This document shows positions 1 through 11,600 of a stretch of DNA of 64,000 nt, piece after piece; the stretch's first letter is position 1; the number at the start of each line of letters is the position of its first letter. Source of the DNA: Convolutriloba macropyga (lineage: Eukaryota); NCBI RefSeq assembly GCF_964194025.1, contig NC_134471.1, positions 11,284,001 through 11,348,000 on the forward strand, in the 5' to 3' direction. The position numbers and the translations under genes were made by a program. The notes under the pieces are model-generated. The model was not told where the DNA came from, did not search any database, and worked only from the letters and a program-made list of their open reading frames with translations.

Positions 1-434
1 TAAATGATTTTAATAGCTGCGATAGATGAGCGAGGCTACTGTTGGCCTTCTATTGGCGCATTTTTACGTTTCCAAGTGTTTGGATTTTCTTGGGTATTAC
101 ACAAATTTATCGGAAATTTGAAAGTAACAATGATCACGACGCTCATCAGGCAAACCATTAGCAATTGAAGCAAGTAAAATCTCTGTGTTTTCGTATCATC
201 TAAAAGGTAAGTCAATGGGGTTTGGCAGATGATCGAATGCATATTGTTTCTAAGCTAGATGAATGTGAAAGCGCTTTTCATCCCTAAATTACGTTCCTCA
301 ACAGACCTTGAAGTCTGTCTGAGTGATGCAAATTATATTCAACCATTGTACTGGGAGAGGCGGGCAAAAACGGAAAACCCTCCCAACAGTCAATGTATTG
401 TTGTAATCACTGACTTGATAATCTTTCAGAAGTG

Positions 435-1173
435 ATGTCAATTGAGCATGAACACATTAAACTTAGAGGATCAACGGAAATAATTTGCGAACTATTGTGT
501 GAACCCAGTTTCATGACTTTTTTGTAGACTTTCATAGAGTATAAGTAAACCCTAATGGGATCTTTTCCGTTTGTGCCCCCCAGCTTAGTAGGTGCTTATT
601 ATTTCCAACCCCAGACGCCCAGACGCACGTGCCATATTTTTACACTTTGATTTAACTTGTAATAACACGTGCTCTGTAACTTGGAAGGGGGCCACAAACG
701 GAGAAAAGATGTTTGTCATAGCTTTTAAGCAAATAACTTTTCTGCTACAGATTACTGCGTGCACAACATAACATATTTGTGAGGCGTTTTCCATAGCATT
801 CTCTACGAGTATGAGGAAAAATGGGATCAAAAGTTGTTCGTATGTCAGCAAAAACAAATGCGAGAGTATGTATCAAAAATGATAGACGGCTTTCGTTACT
901 GGATGCTGAAAAAGAAAGCAGAGAGAATTGTGCTGGTGCTTTGTGATGCAGTAACAGACGAAAGATTTGAAGGATGGCAATTTGATTTGAAATTAGACGA
1001 TGAAAATATTGCGCCTGATGCGTTAGTATATCCGCATTTATCACTCTGTGGAGCATAGTAGAGAGAAAGAGCAGTTTTCACAGAAAGTTATTTTGTCATT
1101 TAAGCGATTTTTTTTCTAATCTTACATCATTTGCCATTTCTAAAATGATATTTGTTGTGCAGTTCAGACTTGC
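435..1173 (+). pseudogene. MAD2L1: MAD2-like HORMA-domain gene, copy 1 (exon 1 435-498, exon 2 751-1021, start of exon 3); disrupted
   Basis: Spliced translation MSIEHEHIKLRGSTEIICELLYYCVHNITYL*G...WMLKKKAERIVLVLCDAVTDERFEGWQFD resembles MAD2 (ITLRGSAEIVAEFF..INSILYQRG..ERWQFD). CGA>TGA at 780-782, weakened donor GTGAAC at 499, and similarity to copy 2 ends abruptly at ~1173. Confidence 0.8.
557..710. mobile_element. ~155-bp MITE in intron 1 of MAD2-like copy 1
   Basis: Imperfect terminal inverted repeats ATCTTTTCCGTTTGTGCCCCC / GGGGGCCACAAACGGAGAAAAGAT; same element at 4533-4690. Confidence 0.6.
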
Positions 1174-3460
1174 TCAGTATGACACAGTTTCCACAGCTGC
1201 AAATTATTCTGCAGCTAAAATTATATTTTTTCGTTATTATGTTTCTCGAAGAGCTCCAGATTGTGTTCTTCAATGTCTTTAGTTTCAAAAACTGTCCGCA
1301 GTCAGTGTAAGTTCATATTTTATTAAACGAGATACAAAAAACTCTGTCGATGAAAAATTTAATGGAGATCTGGCTTTTGCCGATTGGAGGACAGTTTATC
1401 AACAACAAAACTGCAATGAAATGTTTGCAGAATTTAAGAGTATTTTTTGACAACACTCGAGAAAAACGCACCAACAAAGAAAAAATTAGTTTCCAATATA
1501 AACACGACTACTTCAGATAAACCTTGGGTGACAAAAGAAATTCAACAATTAGCTGCTGAGAAAAATCGTTACTTATTTTAGTACAAAGTGACACAAAGTG
1601 CTGAATCATTTTTATCATTTAGAAAATATCGCAACCTTGTAAATTAAAGGAAGCACAAAATCAATTTGTGAAAAATGAAACCTCGAAGGAGAAATAGAGT
1701 TTCATTCAGAAAAATATGGAAAGAAAAACAAGAGTCCAAACATCACTGAAATTGATGAAAATGGTAAAAAAAAAACGAAAGACAAAAAATCAATATGCAA
1801 CGCTTTTAACAGTTTTCAGCGAAAGGGACATCTACAGAGGGCAGATTGTTTCATTGAGCATCGAAAAGACAGCGGAAATTTCACGAGTTTAACATTAGAC
1901 CATTTACTTTGTGAGAAATATTTAAAGGTATTGCCAATCTAGGCAGCAACAAAGCACCAGGGCTGGGATACATCAATAATCGGTCATTAAAATTTGGAAA
2001 AAATGCTTTTGGGACACATCTCCAGATTATATTTGACGATTGTATTCGAGAGAAAGTTTTTCCAACAATTCTTAAGGAATCACACATCAAACCAATATTA
2101 AAAAAAGGAGATGTTTCTGGTTTAACTAATTATCGTCCAATTTGCGTAACTCCATCTTTCTCAAAGGTTTTTGAAAGACTCTTACTTAATCAGTTAGTAG
2201 AATATCTTGAAAAGTTTCCTCTCTTGAACAAAAAACAATTCGATTGCCAATCTAGAAGGTCGTCTACTGATGATGTGTTTTACTTTATTGAAAAAGTAAA
2301 AGGAAATATGGAAGATAACAACGACATAGATGCTCTGTTCTTAGATCTTGCAAAAGCTTTCAGTTCTATTTCACATGAGATTTTTCGCAAGAAAGCTGAA
2401 AATTGCAATCTTTCTCAATCAACCACTTTACTTCTCAAATACTTTCTCAAAAACCGAACAAAATGCGTAAAACTGGGTATTGACTTATCAGATAAAATAA
2501 CTATAAATCATGATGTTCTACATGCAATTGTCTTAGAACCTCTTTTTTTGTTATATGTTAATGACTTTTTGAAAAACTGGAAGGTGAAATGATGTTGTCA
2601 AATTTGCGGACGACACCAGTATTATATGCAAATTTGAACGTAAGGAAAATGTTCCACAAAAAGTTGAAAAATTATTAGAATAAACAGACAAGTACCTGAC
2701 AAAAAATCAACTCACTTTAAATGCCGATACAACAGAGATGTTATTTTTTACAAATCGTACTGAATCGTATCAAAAGTTTTCCTTTGAAGGTGAGAAACAA
2801 CTCATGCAGGTCGTTATCTGGGAGTACAAATTGATTCAAAACTAACCTTTGAAAATCACCTGAACTGAGTTTTAAGCAAAATTGCTGATGCATTTCGTTC
2901 TTCATATCTTGTAAGAAATCAAATTTCTTGGAAAGTAAGAATTGATGTTTTCAAGTCAGTTGTACTGTCGCATCTTTCTTTCAGTGGACTTTTCCTTTAA
3001 ACTCTTATAGCGAAAAACCTAAACTGCATAAATGGGAAAAATATTAACTGGGGAATTAAAGTTTTGTTAATTTCGATAAAAAGTTGACCACTCCACTGAT
3101 GTTCTCATTAAGGGTCGAATGCTGCCAGCCGAATCGTTTATCTCAAAACTTAGCCTAATGAAGCTACAAACAGATATATGACACTGGGAAACAGCAGAAA
3201 ATTTTGAAATGTTTACTAGTCGCGATAACACTAGACAGAACAAGAGAACAAAAATTATTATAAAAAAGAAAACGAAGTGTAGTAACAAATCTTTAATCTG
3301 GAGAAGCGTTCAAAAATGGAACAAATGCCCTCTTCAATACGGACTTTTAACAGTAAAATTTTCTTTAAAAATGTTTTAACCGAGTGTTTGCTCGATCAAC
3401 ACAAGAAAGTACCCGTTAATAGACAAATTGGAGCCTTCAAATCCTATTTTTACCTATAAG
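1174..3460 (+). mobile_element. 5'-truncated, decayed non-LTR retrotransposon (L2/CR1-group ORF2 with RT domain)
   Basis: Frameshifted motifs PWVTKEI, NKAPG, NYRPICVTPSFSKVFE, FLDLAKAFSSISH, LLYVND, KFADDT, NQLTLNA, YLGVQIDSKLTFENH. Ends approximate. Confidence 0.9.
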
Positions 3461-3740
3461 AACGAACAGTCACAATTTGAAGCTTATTATATTAATAACA
3501 ATACTGATTAATTTATTTAACACTTCAAAGCATGTAGATATCTAACCTGAGGGTTATATTCTGTGTAATTTATATGTTTTTAAAAATGTAGTTTATTAGT
3601 GGAATTTTTTTCTATGACCCCCAAGCGCGCGTGCTTTTCTTGCCTGGTAACGTGCTGTATAACAAAACTAAAGTTCTAATTGTGGTGTCGGCCTACTTAA
3701 CCATAATAGCTGGTGTTTGGATAGCGTCTTTTCCAACATT

Positions 3741-3900
3741 GGATCTTTTCAATTTGTGCACCCCAGTACGTTATGAACCCGCCAGGTATCGAGCACGTGC
3801 AATTAGATAGTAAATCGTTCTAAAATATGGGACGTGTGTCTTGGTGATGCATATAATATTCACCCACTAAACTGGGAGGGGCGGGCACAAATGGAAAAGG
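3741..3900. mobile_element. Degenerate MITE related to the 557/4533 family
   Basis: GGATCTTTTCAATTTGTGCACCCC ... GGGCACAAATGGAAAAG inverted ends about 160 bp apart. Confidence 0.45.
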
Positions 3901-3935
3901 CTCATTCAATGTATTGATGTAATCTGTTGCTGATG

Positions 3936-5155
3936 TAAATGATTTTAATAGCTGGGATAGATGAGCGAGGCTATTGTTGGCCTTCTATTGGCGTATTTTT
4001 ACGTTTCCAAGTGTTTGGATTTTATTGGGGATTACACAAATTTATCGGAAATTTGAAAGTACCAATGATCACGACGCTCATCAGGCAAACCATTAGCAAT
4101 TGAAGCAATTAAAATCTCTGTGCTTTCGTATCATCTAAAAGGTAAGTTTATGGGGTTTGGCAGATGATCGAATGCATATTGTTTCTAAGCTAGATGAATG
4201 TGAAAGCACCTTTCATCCCTAAAGTACGTTCCTAAACAGACCTTGAAGTCTGTCCGAGTGATGCAAATAATATTCACCCACTGTACTGGGAGGGGCGGGC
4301 ACAAACGGAAAACCCTCCCAACAGTCAATGTATTGTTGTAATCACTGACTTGATAATCTTTCAGAAGTGATGTCAACTGAGCAACTGAACACATTAAACT
4401 TAAAGGGGTCAACGGAAATAATTTGCGAACTATTGTGTGAGTGCAGTTTCATGACTTTTTTGTAGACTGTAATTTAGGATGCAGAAATCGAGGCTGAAAT
4501 TTAGCCGACATAGAGTATAAGTAAACCTTAATGGGATCTTTTCCGTTTGTGCCCCCCCCCCCCAGCTTAGTAGGTGCTTATTATTTCCACCCCCCCCCCC
4601 CCCGACGCACGTGCCTTATTTTTACATTTTGATTTAACATGTAATAACACGTGCTCTGTAACTTGGAAGGGGGGCACAAACGGAAAAGATGTTTGTCATA
4701 GCTTTAAAGCAAATAACTTTTCTGTTACAGATTACTGCGTGCACAACATAACATATTTGCGAGGCGTTTTCCATAGCAGTCTCTACGAGTATGAGGAAAA
4801 ATGGGATCAAAAGGTGTTCGTATGTCAGCAAAAACAAATGCGAGAGTATGTATCAAAAATGATAGACGGCTTTCGTGACTGGATGTTGAAAAAGAAAGCA
4901 GAGAGAATTGTGCTGGTGCTTTGTGATGCAGTAACAGACGAAAGATTTGAAAGATGGCAATTTGATTTGAAATTAGACGATGAAAATATTGCGCCTGATG
5001 CGTTAGTATATCCGCATTTATCACTCTGTGGAGCATAGTAGAGAGAAAGAGCAGTTTTTACAGAAACTTCTTTTGTCATTTAAGCGATTATTTTTTCGAA
5101 TCTTACATCATTTACTATATCTAAAATGATATTTGTTGTGCAGTTCAGACTTGCT
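3936..5155 (+). repeat. Direct segmental duplicate of 1-1173
   Basis: High identity from TAAATGATTTTAATAGCTG to CAGTTCAGACTTGCT, with a ~45-bp indel near 4470-4510. The left copy probably continues outside the window. Confidence 0.95.
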
Positions 5156-5270
5156 TGAGGACAGCAACAGTACTTCTTGATAAAGAGGTGCGACGCCTCT
5201 AAAGCTGCGATTTGATTTCAAATTAATGGTGCACTTCTCGGTGCATAAATTTGAAAAGCTCAGCATTCAG
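4370..5270 (+). pseudogene. MAD2L1: MAD2-like HORMA-domain gene, copy 2 (exon 1 4370-4436 and exon 2 4731-5001 intact; candidate exon 3 5144-5270 with stops)
   Basis: MSTEQLNTLNLKGSTEIICELL|YYCVHNITYLRGVFHSSLYEYEEKWDQKVFVCQQKQMREYVSKMIDGFRDWMLKKKAERIVLVLCDAVTDERFERWQFDLKLD. Canonical GTGAGT..ACAG phase-1 intron, then a GTTAGT..GCAG intron. TGA TAA in frame at 5178-5183; no clear C-terminus nearby. Confidence 0.8.
4533..4690. mobile_element. ~155-bp MITE in intron 1 of MAD2-like copy 2
   Basis: Perfect ~22-bp inverted repeat ATCTTTTCCGTTTGTGCCCCCC / GGGGGGCACAAACGGAAAAGAT. Confidence 0.7.
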
Positions 5271-5616
5271 GTAATTGCGAACACGATTGATTTTTTGGGG
5301 TTCCCTTTCTAACCACTTTTGAACTTTGAAACAAGAGTTTAGCAGTGGAGGGCTATTATGAGCGTGAACATGCAGTTATTAGTTGACAATCTGGTGGTGA
5401 TGATCTTGTTGATCCTTTGTTAATGATTTTTAATAGCTGGGGTAAACGAGTAGAGCTATTGTTGGCCTTCTATAGGCCTTTTTACAATTGCGAGGATTTG
5501 GATTTTTATTGGGGAGCTGTTTTCAAGATTTTTTAAATCTGTCAATGAGGAGTCACATTAGAATGGTGATTTTGGCCACGCTAGAGTAGTAAAGGGAGAT
5601 CACAAGCAACTAATTG

Positions 5617-8600
5617 AAGCGTGAAAAATGTACTGATTTTAGACGTCAATGGGAAGTTAATGGTTTCTAACTTTTATGTTATGCGTTTTTAAAGATATTA
5701 GAAAATTTTTGAGCTTTGCTCGAATTTGTTGTTCTCTTTGTTCTATCACTTATGACAGCTTCCTTTTGGTTTTTATGACTTACAGCACACTACTTGAGCA
5801 GCTTTGACTCAGGATTAGAAGCAAGCTCTAATATCGGCTTGGTTCCTTAAGTTGAAACTACAGACCATTGAGCTGTTTTTTTCGAAAGTAACGTAAAGTT
5901 TGATCAAAAATGTAATTCTAAATCTTATGAGCGAAAATAATATGTTTGCTGCCGAGCAGTTTGACTTTAGACAAGCGGGATCAACAGCCTTGCCATTACT
6001 CCAAGTCGTAAAAGACTGGACAAGACATTTCGACGCTGGAAGTTTGAATGGTTGTTTTTTTGCTTTTTAAAAAGTTTGTGAATGTTCCGCACAGAAGACT
6101 AGTGGCCGTGATCTGGATTTGCGGACTCAGAGGCAAAATTTACAAGTGGATAGAAAGCTTATTCATTAATCATAGACAATACGTTGTTGTTAGTGAGAGC
6201 GATCAAGTGGCTCCAATGTGAGGAGCGGCATTGCATAGGAAAGCGTTTTAGGCCCACTCTTGTTTATTGTTTACTTCAATGATTTGCCTGAAATGGTCCA
6301 AAGCAATTTGCTTGTGTGGGGATTACAGAAAACATTCATCGAAAAATCGAGAGTATTGATGATCACGACGCTCATCAGGAAAGCCATTATCAATTGAAGG
6401 GATGGAGTAAAATCGGTGTGCTTTCATATGTGCTCACACACTTGCCACTTACAATTCATTAACATGAGGCTTAAAACGTCTATCGGAGAGCAACGTGGAT
6501 AGTAATCAGAATGAAAAGACAAGAGCTACGATTGTATATTGAAGTTGTTGTATCTGCCTACACTTGTTCTCTACAGGTCAAGAGGCGGCATGATTAAGAC
6601 TATCAAGATGGTGAACGAGAAAGTTGGCCATGATCACTCAATGAGCGATCTTTTTTTGAAGAGAACTGGTTACAGTCACACTCGGGGATTTATTCATAAG
6701 GTACAAAACAAAAAGTACCCTCTGAAATTGCGTTTTCCCAACGTGGCGTGATCAAGTGAAATAGCCTCTCCTGCGAAATCGTAGAAACTGATAGCGTGCT
6801 AGAATTAAAGGTCAGATTGGACACTCATCTAGAAGACTTCGTTTCGCATGGCCCAATTGTGCTGCTTGTCCAGTGAGTGATGTTACAAAAAATGTAGACA
6901 TTGTCTAAGCGTGAAAAATGTACTTATTTTAGACGTGAATGGGAAGTTAATGGTTTCTAACTTTTATGTTATCCGTTTTTAAAAGATATTAGAAAATTTT
7001 TGAGCTTGCTCGAATTTGTTGTTCTCTTTGTTCTATCACTTATGACAGCTTCCTTTTGGTTTTTATGACTTATAGCACACTACTTGAGCAGCTTTGACTG
7101 AGGATTAGAAGCAAGCTCTAATATCGGCTTGGTTCCTTAAGTTGAAACTACAGACCATTGAGTTGTTTTTTTCGAAAGTAACGTAAAATTTGATCAAAAA
7201 TGTAATTCTAAATCTTATGAGCGAAAATAATATGTTTGCTGACGAGCAGTTTGACTTTAGACAAGCGGGATCAACAGCCCTGCCATTACTCCAAGTCGTA
7301 AAAGACTGGACAAGACATTTCGGCGCTAGAAGTTTGAATGGTTGTTTTCTTGCTTTTTAAAAAGTTTGTGAATGTTCCGCACAGAAGACTAGTGGCCGTG
7401 ATCTGGATATGCGGACTCAGAGGCAAAATTTACAAGTGGGTAGAAAGCTTCTTCATTAATCAAAGACAATACGTTGTTGTTAGTGATAGCGATCAAGTGG
7501 CTCCAATGTGAGGAGCGGCATTATATAGGGAAGCGTTTTAGGCCCACTCTTGTTGATTGTTTACTTCAATGATTTGCCTGAAATGGTCCAAAGCAATGTG
7601 CTTGTGTGTGGATTACAGAAAATATTGATCGAAAAATCGAGAGTAACGATGATCACGACGCTCATCAGGAAAGCCATTATCAACTGAAGGGATGGAGTAA
7701 AATCGGTGTGCTTTCATATGTGCTCACACACTTGCCACTTACAATTCATTAACATGAGGCTTAAAACGTCTATCGGAGACCAACGTAGATAGTAATCAGA
7801 ATGAAAAGACAAGAGCTACGATTGTATATTGAAGTTGTTGTATCTGCCTACACTGGTTCTCTACAGGTCAAGAGGCGACATGATTAAGACTATCAAAATG
7901 GTGAACGAGAAAGTTGGCCATGACCACTCAATGAGCGATCTTTTTTATTGAAGAGAACTGGTTACAGTCACACTCGGGGATTTATTCATAAGGTGCAAAA
8001 CAAAAAGTACCATCTGAAATTTGCGTTTTCCCAACGTGGCGTGATCAAGTGAAATAGCCTCTCCTGTGAAGTCGTAGAAACTGATAGCGTGCTAGAATTA
8101 AAGGTCAGATTGGACACTCATCTAGAAGACTTCGTTTCGCATGGGTTGACCAAATTGTGCTGCTTGTCCAATGAGTGATGTAACAAAAAATTGTAGACAT
8201 TGTCTAAGCGTGAAAAATGTACTTATTTTAGACGTCAATGGGAAGTTAATGGTTTCTAAATTTTATGTTATCCGTTTTTAAAAGATATTAGAAAATTTTT
8301 GAGCTTTGCTCGAATTTGTTGTTCTCTTTGTTCTATCACTTATGACAGCTACCTTCTGGTTTTTATGACTTACAGCACACTACTTGAGCAGCGTTGACTG
8401 AGGATTAGAAGCAAGCTCTAATATCGGCTTTGTTCCTTAAGTTGAAACTAAAGACCATTGAGCTTTTTTTTCGAAAGTAACGTAAAGTTTGATCAAAAAT
8501 GTAATTCTAAATCACATGAGCGAAAATCACATTTGCTGATGATCAGTTTGACTTTAGACAAGCGGAATCAACAGCCTTGCCATTACTCCAAATGGTAAAA

Positions 8601-11600
8601 GAGTGGACAAGACATTTCGACGCTGGAAGTTTGAATGGTTGTTTTCTTGCTTTTTAAAAAATTTTGTGAATGTTCCGCACAGAAGACTAATGGCCGTGAT
8701 CTGGATTTGCGGACTCAGAGGCAAAATTTACAAGTGGATAGAAAGCTTCTTCATTAAATATAGACAATACCTTGTTGTTAGTGAGAGCGATCAAGTGGCT
8801 CCAATTTGAGGAGCGGCATTCCATAGGGAAGCGTTTTAGGCCCACTCTTGTTTATTGTTTACTTCAATGATTTGCCTGAAATGGTCCAAAGCAATGTGCT
8901 TGTGTGGGGATTACAAAAAATATTGATCGAAAAATCGAGAGTAACGATGATCACAACGCTCATCAGGAAAGCCATTATCAACTGAAGGGATGGAGTAAAA
9001 TCGGTGTGCTTTCATATGTGCTCACACACTTGCTGCTTACAATTCATTAACATGAGGCTTAAAACGTCTATCGGAGAGCAACTTGGATAGTAATCAGAAT
9101 GAAAAGACAAGAGCTACGATTGTATATTGAAGTTGTATCTGCCTACCCTGGTTCTCTACAGTTCAAGAGGCGACATGATTAAGACTATCAAGATGGTGAA
9201 AGAGAAAGTTGGCCATGATCACGCAATGAGCGATCTTATTTTGAAGAGAACTGGTTACAGTCACACTCGGGGATTTATTCATAAGGTACAAAATAAAAAG
9301 TACCATCTGAAATTTGCGTTTTCCCAACGTGGCGTGATCAAGTGAAATAGCCTCTCCTGTGAAGTCGTAGAAACTGATAGCGTGCTAGAATTAAAGGTCA
9401 GATTGGACACTCATCTAGAAGACTTCGTTTCGCATGGTTTGGCCAAATTGTGCTACTTGTCCAATGAGTGATGTAACAAAATTGTAGACATTGTCTAAGC
9501 GTGAAAAATGTACTTATTTTAGACGTCAATGGGAAGTTAATGGTTTCTAACTTTTATGTTATCCGTTTTAAAAGATATTAGAAAATTTCTGAGCTTTGCT
9601 CGAAATTGTTTTTCTCTTTGTTCTATCACTTATGACAGCTTCCTTTTGGTTTTTATGACTTACAGCACAGTGCTTGAGCAGCGTTGACTGAGGATTAGAA
9701 GCAAGCTCTAATATCGGCTTGGTTCCTTAAGTTGAAACTACAGACCATTAAGTTGTTTTTTTCGAAAGTAAAGTTTGATCAAAAATGTAATTCTAAATCA
9801 CATGAGCGAAAATAATATGTTTTTTGACGAGCAGTTTGACTTTAGACAAGCGGGATCAACAGCCTTGCCATTACTCCAATTCGTAAAAGACTGGACAAGA
9901 TATTTCGACGCTGGAAGTTTGAATGGTTGTTTTCTTGCTCTTTAAAAAGCTGGTGAATGTTCCGCACAGAAGACTAGTGGCCGTGATCTGGATTTTCGGA
10001 CTTAGAGGCAAAATTTACAAGTGGATAGAAAGCTTCTTCATTAATCATAGACAATACGTTGTTGTTAGTGAGAGCGATCAAGTGGCTCCAATGTGAGGAG
10101 CGGCATTCCATAGGGAAGCGCTTTAGGCTCACTCTTGTTTATTGTTTACTTCAATGATTTGCCTGAAATGGTCCAAAGCAATGTGCTTGTGTGGGGATTA
10201 TAGAAAATATTGATCGAAAAATCGAGATCACGACGCTCATCAGGAAAGACATTATCAACTGAAGGGATGGAGTAAAATCGGTGTGCTTTCATATGTGCTC
10301 ACACACTTGCCACTTACAATTCATTAACATGAGGCTTAAAACGTCTATCGTAGAGCAACTTGGATAGTAACCAGAATGAAAAGACAAGAGCTACGATTGT
10401 ATATTGAAGTTGTTGTATCTGCCTACCCTGTTTCTCTACAGGCCAAGAGGCGAAATGATTAAGACTATCAAGATGGTGAACGAGAAAGTTGGCCATGATC
10501 ACTCATTGAGCGATCTTTTTTTGAAGAGAACTGGTTACAGTCACACTCGGGGATTTATTCATAAGGTACAAAACAAAAAGTACCATCTGAAATTTGCGTT
10601 TTCCCAACGTGGCGTGATCAAGTGAAATAGCCTCTCCTGTGAAGTCGTAGAAACTGATAGCGTGCTAGAATTAAAGGTCAGATTGGACACTCATCTAGAA
10701 GACTTCGTTTCGCATGGGTTGGCCAAATTGTGCTGCTTGTCCAATGAGTGATGTAACAAAAAATTGTAGACATTGTCTAAGCGTGAAAAATGTACTTATT
10801 TTAGACGTCAATGGGAAGTTAATGGTTTCTAACTTTTATGTTATCCGTTTTTAAAAGATATTAGAAAATTTCTGAGCTTTGCTCGAATTTGTTGTTCTCT
10901 TTGTTCTATCACTTATGACAGCTTCCTTTTGGTTTTTATGACTTACAGCACACTACTTGAGCAGCGTTGACTGAGGATTAGAAGCAAGCTCTAATATCGG
11001 CTTGGTTCCTTAAGTTGAAACTACAGACCATTAAGCTGTTTTTTCGAAAGTAACGTAAAGTTTGATCAAAAATGTAATTCTAAATCACATGAGTGCTGAC
11101 GAGCAGTTTGACTTTAGACAAGCGGGATCAACAGCCTTGCCATTACTCCAAATCGTAAAAGACTGGACAAGATACTTCGACGCTGGAAGTTTGAATGGTT
11201 GTTTTCTTGCTTTTTAAAAAGCTGGTGAATGTTCCGCACAGAAGACTAGTGGCCGTGATCTGGATTTTCGGACTTAGAGGCAAAATTTACAAGTGGATAG
11301 AAAGCTTCTTCATTGATCATAGACAATACGTTGTTGTTAGTGAGAGCGATCAAGTGGCTCCAATGTGAGGAGCGGCATTCCATAGGGAAGCGTTTTAGGC
11401 CAACTCTTGTTTATTGTTTACTTCAATGATTTGCCTGAAATGGTCCAAAGCAATGTGCTTGTGTGGGGATTACAGAAAATATTGATCGAAAAATCGAGAT
11501 CACGGCGCTCATCAGGAAAGCCATTATCAACGGAAGGGATGGAGTAAAATCGGTGTGCTTTCATATGTGCTCACATACTTGCCACTTACAATTCATTCCC

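Noticed and set aside
4574-4730. N-terminal part of the 154-aa ORF as coding
   Set aside because: It is intron 1 (MITE sequence); the real start is exon 1 at 4370.
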